NCBI GenBank assembly: GCA_023268425.1
Contig: JALRFN010000013.1
Coordinates: 1-35,717, forward strand
Direction of reading: 5' to 3'
Source: Burkholderiaceae bacterium
Lineage (GTDB): Bacteria > Pseudomonadota > Gammaproteobacteria > Burkholderiales > Burkholderiaceae_C
Length of the DNA stretch: 35,717 bases
Of the stretch, positions 22,387 through 30,503 are shown piece by piece. The position numbers were made by a program, and so were the translations under genes. The notes below the pieces were generated by a model that saw only the letters and a list, made by a program, of their open reading frames with translations, had not been told where the DNA came from and ran no database searches. Position 1 is the stretch's first letter. Each line of letters opens with the position of its first letter.

Positions 22387-23107
22387 CTTCGTCCAGCTGT
22401 GGCTGTACCTCGCCTCAACCCCGCTGTTTGGCCTGACCGCGACCTTGCTGGCCTACGTGCTGGCCCACACGCTGTACACGCATGTCGAACAAGCACCATG
22501 GGCCAACCCCGTGCTGTGGTCGGTCGTGGTCCTGGCCAGTGGGCTGGCCATGAGCGATGTGGCTTACCCCACTTATTTTTCTGGCGCGCAGTTCATTCAT
22601 TTTTTGTTGGGCCCAGCGGTCGTCGCTTTGGGCTGGCCGCTGTGGCTGCGCCGCGCCGAGTTGCGCCGCTACGGTTGGCGCTTGCTGGTCGCCGCCACGC
22701 TGGGCGGTGCAGCGGCCGCAGGCAGTGCGGCGGCCTTGGCCTGGGCGTTGGACTTGCCCGCCGATACTTTGTGGTCTTTGGTACCCAAATCGGTGACGGC
22801 CCCAGTGGCCATGGGGGTGGCCCAAACCATTGGCGGCATTCCCGCCCTGGCGGCAGTGTTTGCCGTCATCACTGGCATGATTGGGGCCTTGAGCGCCAGC
22901 CGCTTGTTTGGCCTGATGGGGCTGGGACACAACGATGTGGACTGGCGCATCCGTGGGTTCGCGCTGGGCACGGCCGCGCACGGCATTGGGGCGGCGCGGG
23001 CCTTACACGTCAATGCCGACGCAGGCGCTTATGCCGGTTTGGCGCTGGGGTTGCAGGTGCTGCTGGCCTCGGTCTTGATTCCCTTGGTCGCCCAAATGTG
23101 GTCTTGA
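22379..23107 (+). CDS. LrgB-family membrane protein
   Basis: Motifs NPVL, Y..GAQFIHFLLGPAVVAL..PL, SLVPKSVT.P.AMG, GFALG.AAHGIG.ARA; 8-nt overlap with the CidA-like gene. Confidence 0.9.
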   Translation: MTDFVQLWLYLASTPLFGLTATLLAYVLAHTLYTHVEQAPWANPVLWSVVVLASGLAMSDVAYPTYFSGAQFIHFLLGPAVVALGWPLWLRRAELRRYGWRLLVAATLGGAAAAGSAAALAWALDLPADTLWSLVPKSVTAPVAMGVAQTIGGIPALAAVFAVITGMIGALSASRLFGLMGLGHNDVDWRIRGFALGTAAHGIGAARALHVNADAGAYAGLALGLQVLLASVLIPLVAQMWS

Positions 23108-23120
23108 GCGACGCCAGGGC

Positions 23121-24989
23121 TCACCAAGCGTCGACATAAGGTTTGCACTGGTCTTCGATGCGCCCACGTGGCAAGTGACGCGCCAACCAAGCACGGGTCT
23201 GCGCCGGGTCGATGACGTCGTCGATCTCCAGCGTGGTCGCCATGTTCAATGCCTCGCCCTTGGCTTTGTACGCTTGCAGCAGCTGTTCAAACAAAGCCTC
23301 ACGCTCGGGGCCTTCGGGCTTGCCTTCCAGCTCTTTTTTGAATCCCAGGCGCACGGCCCCTTCCAAGCCCATGCCACCAAACTCACCTGTGGGCCAAGCG
23401 CACAGGGCTTGCGGCGCATGAAAGCCCCCGGCCACCACGCCCATGGCGCCCAAGCCATAGCCTTTGCGCAGGACGACACCCAAGCTGGGCACGCGCAAAT
23501 GTGCGCCAGCCAAAAACATGCGTGCGGTGTGGCGCACCTGCGCGCGGGTCTCGATGTCGGGCCCAACCATGAAGCCTGGGGTATCGACAAAGCTGATCAA
23601 GGGGATGCCGTGCACGTCGCACAAGCGCATGAAGTGCGCGGCTTTGTCCGCTGCATCGGGGTCGATGGCGCCGCCCAAGTGGCTGGGGTTGTTGGCCAGG
23701 ACGCCCACGGCTTGGCCTTCCAAACGCGCCAAAGCAGTGTGCATGCCCACGCCATAGCCGGTGCGCAACGGCAAGACGCTGCCTTCGTCAAACACCTGGT
23801 GCACAACGGCCAAGGTGTCGTAAACGCGCAGCCGATTTTCGGGCACGGCGTCGCGCAAGCCGCTGCCATCGGGCACGCTCCAACTTGGCCAATCGCCTTG
23901 GAAATATGACAGGTAGCGGCGCACCACATCGGCGGCTTGCGCCTCGTCGTCGACCAAGATGTCAATGACGCCGTTGGCGTGCTGAACCTCGGCTGGGCCC
24001 ACGTCCTCAGGCTTGAACACCCCCAGGCCGCCGCCCTCGATCATCGCCGGCCCCCCCATGCCGATGTTGCTATCGCGCGTGGCGATGATGACGTCACAAC
24101 AGCCCAGCAAGGCGGCGTTGCCAGCAAAGCAACGGCCCTGGACCACGCCGACCACCGGCGCCACGCCGCTCATGACGGCGAAGTTGGCAAACGTGGGGAT
24201 GTGCAAACCCGCGACGATGGGCATGTCCACATCACCGGGGCGGCCGCCGCCGCCTTCGGCCCACAAGACCACCGGCCAGCGGTGGCGCAAAGCCTGCTCC
24301 AGCACACGATCCATCTTTTGGTGGTTGCGAAACCCTTGCGTGCCCGCCAGCACCGTGAAGTCATACGCCATCAACAAACAAGTCGCGTTGCTGGCGCCAA
24401 ACTGTTGGGCGTTCACCGTGGCCGTGCCGGTGATCAAACCATCCGCCGGGGTATTGGCGCGCAAGTCCTCGATGCTCCGGCGCTGAGTCTGCGCCGCGAC
24501 GGCCAAGCCGCCGTACTCCAAAAAGCTGTCGACATCGGCAGTGGCGGCGATGTTCTCGCGTGCGCTGCGCTGGCCTTTGGCGTGGCGCTTAGCCACCGCC
24601 TCGGGGCGCGCGGCGTCGAGCAACAAGGCTTGGCGATCCAAGACGCGCTGCAAGTCCGCACGTGGGCCGCTCAAACTTTTTTCCGCTTGCGTGGCTGATG
24701 GGTTTGTGGCGGCGACAGACTCAGCCCCAGATGCGGCCGGGGTTTCGGGTGCCGGTGCCGCGACGCTCACTGGCAACAAACCCATCAAGACATCGCCTTC
24801 TTGCACCACCTCACCGGCTTGCACCGTGCAATGCCCGACTTGGCCATCGCAAGGTGCGCACAACTCGTGCTCCATCTTCATGGCCTCCAAGATGATCAAC
24901 ACATCACCTTGGCGCACGACATCGCCGATTTTCGCCATCACCTGCACCACGCCACCGCTCATGGGCGCTTGCACCGACTGATTTGCCAT
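23121..24989 (-). CDS. Biotin carboxyl carrier domain fused to an acyl-CoA carboxyltransferase
   Basis: N-terminal APMSG...LEAMKMEH biotinyl domain and an Ala/Pro linker, then CT motifs SARE, PADG, DFTVLAGTQG, EGGGGRPGD, CFAGNAA, GMGGP, DTPGFMVGP, LRKGYGLG. GAGGAG RBS before ATG 24989. Confidence 0.87.
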   Translation of the reverse strand: MANQSVQAPMSGGVVQVMAKIGDVVRQGDVLIILEAMKMEHELCAPCDGQVGHCTVQAGEVVQEGDVLMGLLPVSVAAPAPETPAASGAESVAATNPSATQAEKSLSGPRADLQRVLDRQALLLDAARPEAVAKRHAKGQRSARENIAATADVDSFLEYGGLAVAAQTQRRSIEDLRANTPADGLITGTATVNAQQFGASNATCLLMAYDFTVLAGTQGFRNHQKMDRVLEQALRHRWPVVLWAEGGGGRPGDVDMPIVAGLHIPTFANFAVMSGVAPVVGVVQGRCFAGNAALLGCCDVIIATRDSNIGMGGPAMIEGGGLGVFKPEDVGPAEVQHANGVIDILVDDEAQAADVVRRYLSYFQGDWPSWSVPDGSGLRDAVPENRLRVYDTLAVVHQVFDEGSVLPLRTGYGVGMHTALARLEGQAVGVLANNPSHLGGAIDPDAADKAAHFMRLCDVHGIPLISFVDTPGFMVGPDIETRAQVRHTARMFLAGAHLRVPSLGVVLRKGYGLGAMGVVAGGFHAPQALCAWPTGEFGGMGLEGAVRLGFKKELEGKPEGPEREALFEQLLQAYKAKGEALNMATTLEIDDVIDPAQTRAWLARHLPRGRIEDQCKPYVDAW

Positions 24990-25059
24990 ACACGTCTCCT
25001 CGTGCGGGCATTGTCGACAGCAGCGCTGCACCGCGCAGGTCAAGCCGGTGACAGCGCCC

Positions 25060-26415
25060 TCATACGTGCAGCAACAAGTGGCGTCGCTCCCAAGGGCTGA
25101 TGACCTCAAAGAACTGCTGGTACTCGGTCGCTTTGATGGCGCAATAGGTGTCGATGAAGTGGGTGCCCAACATCTCCGCCAGCGGCTCACATGCGCGCAA
25201 GGTCTCGATCGCTTCGTTGACGTGACCAGGGAATTGCTGCGGTTCCTTGTAGGCGCTGCTGGCCAGGGCTGGCGTGGGCTCCAAGCCTTGCTCCATGCCC
25301 AGCAAACCACAAGCCAGGCTGGCCGCAATCGCCAAATAGGGGTTCACATCCACACCGGCCAGGCGGTTTTCAACGCGGCGGTTTTCCGGCTGGGCGCGCG
25401 GCACACGCAAACCGCAGGTGCGGTTGTCGTAACCCCAGTGCAGGTTGATGGGCGCCGACACGTCGGGGGTGAATCGGCGATAGGAGTTCACATAAGGCGC
25501 AAACAACAAAGTGGCCGCAGGCAAATAGCGTTGCAAGCCCCCAATGAAGTGGCGAAACTCCGCAGACTCACTGCCGTCGGCTTGAGAGAACAAATTGAGT
25601 CCCGTGGCCTGATTCAACACACTGTGGTGCAAGTGCATGGCGCTGCCAGGCTGTCCTTGCATGGGTTTGGCCATGAAGGTGGCGTACATCTGGTGGCGAA
25701 TGGCCACCTCGCGCACCGTGCGCTTGAACAAGAAGGCTTGATCCGCCAAGGCCAAGGGGTCGCCGTGGTCCAGGTTGATCTCCATTTGGGCAGTGCCCAT
25801 CTCGTGCACCAAGGTGTCCAGGGCAATGCCTTGCTCCTCACACCAGTCGTACATGACATCAAAAATGTCGTCGTATTCATTGACCGAGTCCACCGAGAAA
25901 CTTTGCATGCCCGCTTCGGTGCGCCGCGTCCGTCCAATCGGCGGTTTCAGCGGGATGTCCTCATCAGGCTCCACCTGCACCAGATAAAACTCCATCTCAG
26001 GCGCCACCACCGGCGACCAGCCATGCTGCGCGTAGCGGGCCATGACCTGGCGCAGCACGTGGCGCGGTGACAAATCCACCGCTGCGCCATCAAAGCTGAG
26101 ACAGTCGTGAATGATTTGGGCTGTCGGCTCTTTGGCCCAGGGCACCGGGCGGATGGTTGTGGCATCGGGCAACAGCAACATGTCCGGGTCGGCCGCCGAG
26201 GTGTAGTCCTCTTCGGGATAGCCTCCTGTGACCGTCATCGCGAACACCGCTTCAGGTAAGCGCAGTCCGTACGCCGGCTTGTATTTGTGGCGCGGCACGA
26301 TCTTGCCGCGGGCTTGCCCCGCCATGTCGGGGATCAAACACTCCACCTCAGTGATGCGGTGTTGGTCCAGCCACTGTTCAATGGCAACCACGGCGGGTTG
26401 AGATGACTCAGACAT
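25060..26415 (-). CDS. Glutamine synthetase-like gamma-glutamyl-polyamine synthetase (PauA/PuuA-like)
   Basis: Motifs VECLIPDM.G.ARGK, APEMEFYL, HEMGTAQMEIN, TFMAKP...QPGSAMHLH.S, NSYRR, WGYDNRT.GLRVP, RVENR..G.D.NPY, ISPWER.HLLL. It lacks the GlnA-type DNGSG and NLYDLP motifs. Confidence 0.85.
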   Translation of the reverse strand: MSESSQPAVVAIEQWLDQHRITEVECLIPDMAGQARGKIVPRHKYKPAYGLRLPEAVFAMTVTGGYPEEDYTSAADPDMLLLPDATTIRPVPWAKEPTAQIIHDCLSFDGAAVDLSPRHVLRQVMARYAQHGWSPVVAPEMEFYLVQVEPDEDIPLKPPIGRTRRTEAGMQSFSVDSVNEYDDIFDVMYDWCEEQGIALDTLVHEMGTAQMEINLDHGDPLALADQAFLFKRTVREVAIRHQMYATFMAKPMQGQPGSAMHLHHSVLNQATGLNLFSQADGSESAEFRHFIGGLQRYLPAATLLFAPYVNSYRRFTPDVSAPINLHWGYDNRTCGLRVPRAQPENRRVENRLAGVDVNPYLAIAASLACGLLGMEQGLEPTPALASSAYKEPQQFPGHVNEAIETLRACEPLAEMLGTHFIDTYCAIKATEYQQFFEVISPWERRHLLLHV

Positions 26416-26427
26416 GTGTGCTCACTT

Positions 26428-26964
26428 TCAACGTCGAGACCCGAAACCCATGCGAGACAACAATCGGTCTTTGCGCACCAGTTGGTGAAATAGTGCGGCC
26501 ACCACATGGGCAACAATGGTCAACATCAACAATTTAGCCACCACACCATGCACCAAACGCGCAGGTGCGACGTGAAAATCTTCGGGCAAAACACCCTGCC
26601 CTTGGAAGACCACGGCCGGCAGATCAAACGCCAAGGCCATGCCGATGCCCGACGCCACCATCAGGGCCACGAGACCATACAACGCCCAATGCGCCAGGGG
26701 CGCCAAACGGTCCGCCCAAACCATGCCGGTGGTGGCGTGCGGTGGGTGCTGTGTGCTGAGTCGGGTGATCAAACGCGACACCAACAAAACCCCAATCAGC
26801 AGCCCCACCGTCATGTGCCCGCGCAAAGCACCCACTTTGGCTGGGTCACTGTTGGCCATGGACTCCAATGCGGTGCTGCCCATGAACAAGGCGACGCTGA
26901 TCATCAACGCCATCAACCAATGCAAGAACACCAACCCCGCGTGATATCGACGAACCTCTGACAT
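26428..26964 (-). CDS. Cytochrome b561 / Ni-hydrogenase-type cytochrome b
   Basis: Motifs RY....V.LHWLMA, GHMTVG, AHWALY.L...M.ASG, VH, HV.AALFHQ..RKD..L.RM; heme-ligand His residues in TM segments. AGGGAG RBS. Confidence 0.85.
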   Translation of the reverse strand: MSEVRRYHAGLVFLHWLMALMISVALFMGSTALESMANSDPAKVGALRGHMTVGLLIGVLLVSRLITRLSTQHPPHATTGMVWADRLAPLAHWALYGLVALMVASGIGMALAFDLPAVVFQGQGVLPEDFHVAPARLVHGVVAKLLMLTIVAHVVAALFHQLVRKDRLLSRMGFGSRR

Positions 26965-27043
26965 GTTTTTCTCCCTGATTTTTTCGCAACACAACTCAAT
27001 GCCCATGCTAGCGCCAAACCGGGCGCTTCGACCAGTCGTTGGA

Positions 27044-27763
27044 TCAAGCTTTCGCTGAATAATCACGCGCACCAAAAATAGCGGAACCGACGCGCACCAG
27101 GGTGGCACCGCTGGCCACCGCCGCCTCCAAGTCGCCACTCATGCCCATGGACAAGGTATCCACTCCCCAGCCTTGTTGCTGCCAACGCTGGAACAGGGCT
27201 TGGGCGGGCGCAAACACCGCGCACTGCGCCGCAAAACCTTGTACCGGGTCGGGGATGCACATCAGCCCTCGCAGTCGCAAGCGCGGCAATTCGCGAATGG
27301 CCTCGGCCAACTCATCGGCTCCAGCCAGTGTGACGCCTGACTTGCTCACCCCCCCGTCGACGTTGACCTGAACACAGACCTGCAAAGGCGGCAAATCACT
27401 CGGGCGCTGTTCATTCAATCGCTGAGCGACTTTGAGCCTGTCCACGGTTTGCACCCAATCGAAGTGCTTCGCAACCAAGCGGGTCTTGTTGCTTTGCACA
27501 GGCCCAATGCAATGCCAAGTCAATTCGGCCCGCGCGGATGACAAGGTCTGGATCTTGGTCACCGCCTCTTGGATGTAGTTCTCACCAAACGCCGTTTGAC
27601 CCGCCGCCTGCACCGCCGCGACGGCCTCAGGCCCAAAGGTCTTGGAGACCGCCAACAAAGACACACTGCCCGCTGGCCGGCCAGCCGCTTGTTCAGCCGC
27701 TGCGATGCGATCGCGCACCGCCTGCCAATGCCGTTTCAAGTCTGCCGCTGTCGCCGTTGTCAT
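27044..27763 (-). CDS. yggS: PLP homeostasis protein (YggS/PROSC)
   Basis: Motifs LLAVSKT, FGENYIQE, WH.IGPVQSNK, QVN....SKSG, LRGLMCIP, LSMGMSGD, G.T.VRVGSAIFGAR. Confidence 0.93.
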   Translation of the reverse strand: MTTATAADLKRHWQAVRDRIAAAEQAAGRPAGSVSLLAVSKTFGPEAVAAVQAAGQTAFGENYIQEAVTKIQTLSSARAELTWHCIGPVQSNKTRLVAKHFDWVQTVDRLKVAQRLNEQRPSDLPPLQVCVQVNVDGGVSKSGVTLAGADELAEAIRELPRLRLRGLMCIPDPVQGFAAQCAVFAPAQALFQRWQQQGWGVDTLSMGMSGDLEAAVASGATLVRVGSAIFGARDYSAKA

Positions 27764-27842
27764 GCTCACCCCCGTGTTTTTACGCGCCCACGCCCCGCCG
27801 CCCATAATGCAGCTTTTGATCTTTCGACCCGGAAAAGCCACC

Positions 27843-28769
27843 ATGAGCAACGTCAACCCCAAATCATACGAAGCCACCACCCCAACCCGCTGTGCCTTTA
27901 TTGGCTTGGGGGTGATGGGTTACCCCATGGCCGCGCATTTGGCCCTGGCGGGCCACAGCGTCTGCGTCTACAACCGCACCGCCAGCAAGGCGCAGGCGTG
28001 GGTAGAAGAGATGAAGGCCGCAGGCGTTGCGCCTGAACGCCTGTCCACTGGCGAGACCCCTGAGCAGGCCGCACAAGGTGCAGACTTGGTCTTTGCCTGT
28101 GTGGGCAACGACGACGATTTGCGCACGGTGACCACGGGCGAGGGCGGCGCTTTTGCTGGCATGCGCCCAGACAGCGTGTTCATCGACCACACCACGGCTT
28201 CGGCCAACGTGGCCCGCGAGTTGGCCAGCGTCGCAGCAGCACGCGGCTTGCACTTCATTGACGCGCCCGTGTCAGGTGGGCAAGCGGGCGCACAAAACGG
28301 CATGTTGACGGTGATGTGTGGCGGTGAGGCGCAGGTATTTGAGCGCGTACAACCCGTCGCCATGGCGTTTTCGCGTGCCTTCACCCTCATGGGCGAAAGC
28401 GGCGCTGGCCAGTTGACCAAAATGGTCAACCAAATTTGTATCGCTGGTCTGGTGCAAGGCCTGAGCGAAGCCATCGCCTTTGGTCAACGCGCCAAACTCG
28501 ACATGAACTTGGTCTTGGACGTGATTGGCAAAGGCGCCGCCCAAAGCTGGCAAATGGACAACCGAGGCAAAACCATGGTGCAAGACCAATTTGAATTTGG
28601 CTTCGCCGTGGATTGGATGCGCAAGGATTTGGGCCTGGTGTTGGACGAAGCCAAAAGCAATGGCGCGCGTCTGCCCGTCACGGCCTTGGTCGATCAGTTC
28701 TATGCCGATGTGCAAGCCCTGGGCGGGCAACGCTGGGACACCTCCAGCCTGATTCGCCGCTTGCGCTGA
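27843..28769 (+). CDS. NAD(P)-dependent beta-hydroxyacid dehydrogenase (3-hydroxyisobutyrate dehydrogenase / tartronate semialdehyde reductase family)
   Basis: Motifs FIGLGVMGYPMA, YNRT..KA, DAPVSGGQ.GA, GAGQLTKMVNQ, MRKDL. Confidence 0.9.
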   Translation: MSNVNPKSYEATTPTRCAFIGLGVMGYPMAAHLALAGHSVCVYNRTASKAQAWVEEMKAAGVAPERLSTGETPEQAAQGADLVFACVGNDDDLRTVTTGEGGAFAGMRPDSVFIDHTTASANVARELASVAAARGLHFIDAPVSGGQAGAQNGMLTVMCGGEAQVFERVQPVAMAFSRAFTLMGESGAGQLTKMVNQICIAGLVQGLSEAIAFGQRAKLDMNLVLDVIGKGAAQSWQMDNRGKTMVQDQFEFGFAVDWMRKDLGLVLDEAKSNGARLPVTALVDQFYADVQALGGQRWDTSSLIRRLR

Positions 28770-28786
28770 AACGTGTGCGCATAAGA

Positions 28787-28821
28787 AAACGCCTGCCTGG
28801 TGGAACACCGGGCAGGCGTTT
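28787..28821. terminator. Intrinsic terminator between convergent genes
   Basis: AAACGCCTGCCTGGTG-gaa-CACCGGGCAGGCGTTT, a 16-bp stem with one wobble pair. Confidence 0.8.
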
Positions 28822-28850
28822 GGGTCAGAGACCGCTCAAGGCGGCGACAC

Positions 28851-29495
28851 TCAATTGCCGCTGGGTTTCGCGGCCGACGCGGGCTTGGCAGGCGGCTTCA
28901 AACGCAACAGCTCTTGCTCGCTGATCAACTCAACCACACGCACCACGCCTTGCACGCCGGGCACGCGCCGTGCAATTTCGGTGGCGCGAGCGGCCTCGTC
29001 AGACGTCAACAAGCCCATCAAGTACACCTGCCCACGATCCGTGACCACCTTGACGGCACTGGAGTCCACCTTCTCGTCGCTAATGAAGGCCACCTTGACG
29101 CGCGACGACAACAGGGTGTCCGCCGCACGCTGCGTGGTGGAGGCGTTGCCCGCCACCGCCAACTCATTGATCACCAACAACACGTTCTCACCGCGCTTGG
29201 CCACTTCTTCGGACACCGCCTTGAGCGCCTCGGTGGGCACTTCTCCGGTCAGCAACACGCGGCGGTTGAAACTGGTCACGCCCACATGGCCCTTGCCCGC
29301 CAGGGCTTTGTCGATTTCACCGCCCACTTTGACTTCGATGGCGTTGTCTTCAACGACCGTCCCCGTGGTGCGGCGATCGTTGGCCACCATGGCGGTCGCA
29401 GCCGCACCGCCAATCACCAGCGGTGCGCAGGCGCTGGACACCAATGCGGCCAAAGCCACCGTGCCCAACGCGCGCGAAGTTCTCATCCATTTCAT
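28851..29495 (-). CDS. Dual-BON-domain lipoprotein (DolP/YraP-like)
   Basis: Lipobox VSSAC; motifs DRRTTG..VED..IE.K, VTSFNRRVLLTGEV, D...SSRVK, VKVVT..G.VYLMGL, GVQ.VV; lies in rsmI-yraN-SIS-BON order. Confidence 0.88.
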   Translation of the reverse strand: MKWMRTSRALGTVALAALVSSACAPLVIGGAAATAMVANDRRTTGTVVEDNAIEVKVGGEIDKALAGKGHVGVTSFNRRVLLTGEVPTEALKAVSEEVAKRGENVLLVINELAVAGNASTTQRAADTLLSSRVKVAFISDEKVDSSAVKVVTDRGQVYLMGLLTSDEAARATEIARRVPGVQGVVRVVELISEQELLRLKPPAKPASAAKPSGN

Positions 29496-29499
29496 CTCT

Positions 29500-30069
29500 T
29501 CACTCCTTGATTTCTTCGCCCAGCAACTGGGCATCCAAACCGTCACACAATGCATGCAAAGCCATGTGCTGCAATTCCAAGACGCGCCCCAGGCGCGCAT
29601 GTTCGATGCTGATCACCACATCGGTGTCCAACAAACTGTTCAAGACCTCACCGCCATCGCCCCCGACCAGGGCCACCACAGTCATGCCCAGGTCTTGCGC
29701 GGCATCGATCAAAGGCACCAAGCTGGTCTCGGCTGACGCCACACTCAAGACCAACAAAACATCTTCGGCGGACGCCCAAATGTTCAAACGTCGCAGCAAG
29801 GTGGTCGCATCATCACCGTCACCACTGTGCAAAGCCTGAGCCGCCAGGCCAGGGCGCTCGCGTTCAAACCCGGCCAACAACAAATGGCTGACATAAGTCG
29901 CCAAGGCCGCGGTTGGTCCGGCACCAACACTCCACACCTTGCCCCCGCTGGTGACCGCCGCCAAAATGGCCTCCACCGCAGCGCTCAACGGTGGCACCAG
30001 TAATGGGGCGATTTGGTATTTGCAATCCGCGCTGTCGATGAATTGCTGTTCCAAGCGGGCTTCAAGCAT
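29500..30069 (-). CDS. SIS-domain protein, GmhA/DiaA-like, degenerate
   Basis: MLE.R..QQFIDSAD.K, GGK, FERERPGL.A.AL, DVLL..S, MTVVAL.G..GG, LH.LCDG.D..LLG; position between yraN and the BON gene. Confidence 0.8.
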   Translation of the reverse strand: MLEARLEQQFIDSADCKYQIAPLLVPPLSAAVEAILAAVTSGGKVWSVGAGPTAALATYVSHLLLAGFERERPGLAAQALHSGDGDDATTLLRRLNIWASAEDVLLVLSVASAETSLVPLIDAAQDLGMTVVALVGGDGGEVLNSLLDTDVVISIEHARLGRVLELQHMALHALCDGLDAQLLGEEIKE

Positions 30070-30104
30070 GCGCGCATGATAGCGCCGCGAGGCCAGCACC
30101 AAGC

Positions 30105-30503
30105 TCAGTCTTCGAGGAAAAATGCCGCTTGCAGCCAATCGAGTTGCGCCGCTTGACCGCACTGAGCGGGCGTCACCCCCACCACATCGAAACGACACGC
30201 GGGCAACTGCGTCCAAGTGCTCAGGTAATGTCGCGCCGCCAACACCAAGCGCGCGCGTTTGCGCGCATCGACGCTGGCCCAGGCACCGCCAAAACGTGCG
30301 TCGCGCCGGGCCCGCACCTCGACGAAGACGACCGTCCCATCAGGCTCTTGCATAATCAAGTCCAACTCGCCGCCACCGCGCCCTGGGGTTTGAAACTGGC
30401 GCGCCAACAGCTTCAAACCTTGCGCTTGCAAATGGGCCAGGGCCCAGTCTTCGGCCTCGTCTCCACGCGCCTTGGTGGTCTTTTTTGTGAACAGGTGTGC
30501 CAT
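30105..30503 (-). CDS. yraN: YraN/UPF0102-family protein (PD-(D/E)xK-like)
   Basis: Motifs G..AED.A..HL...GLKLL, GGELDLIM, VVFVEVR.R, FGGA..SV...KR.R, CRFDVV, W...AF. Confidence 0.9.
   Translation of the reverse strand: MAHLFTKKTTKARGDEAEDWALAHLQAQGLKLLARQFQTPGRGGGELDLIMQEPDGTVVFVEVRARRDARFGGAWASVDARKRARLVLAARHYLSTWTQLPACRFDVVGVTPAQCGQAAQLDWLQAAFFLED

Noticed and set aside
22021-23107. CidA/LrgAB as a prophage lysis cassette, and the DksA/TraR gene as a phage or plasmid gene
   Set aside because: There is no endolysin, integrase, structural or conjugation gene; the context is metabolic.
25060-26415. Calling this gene glnA
   Set aside because: It lacks the GSI-beta signatures and has no ntrBC context; its motifs fit the PauA/PuuA-like subgroup.
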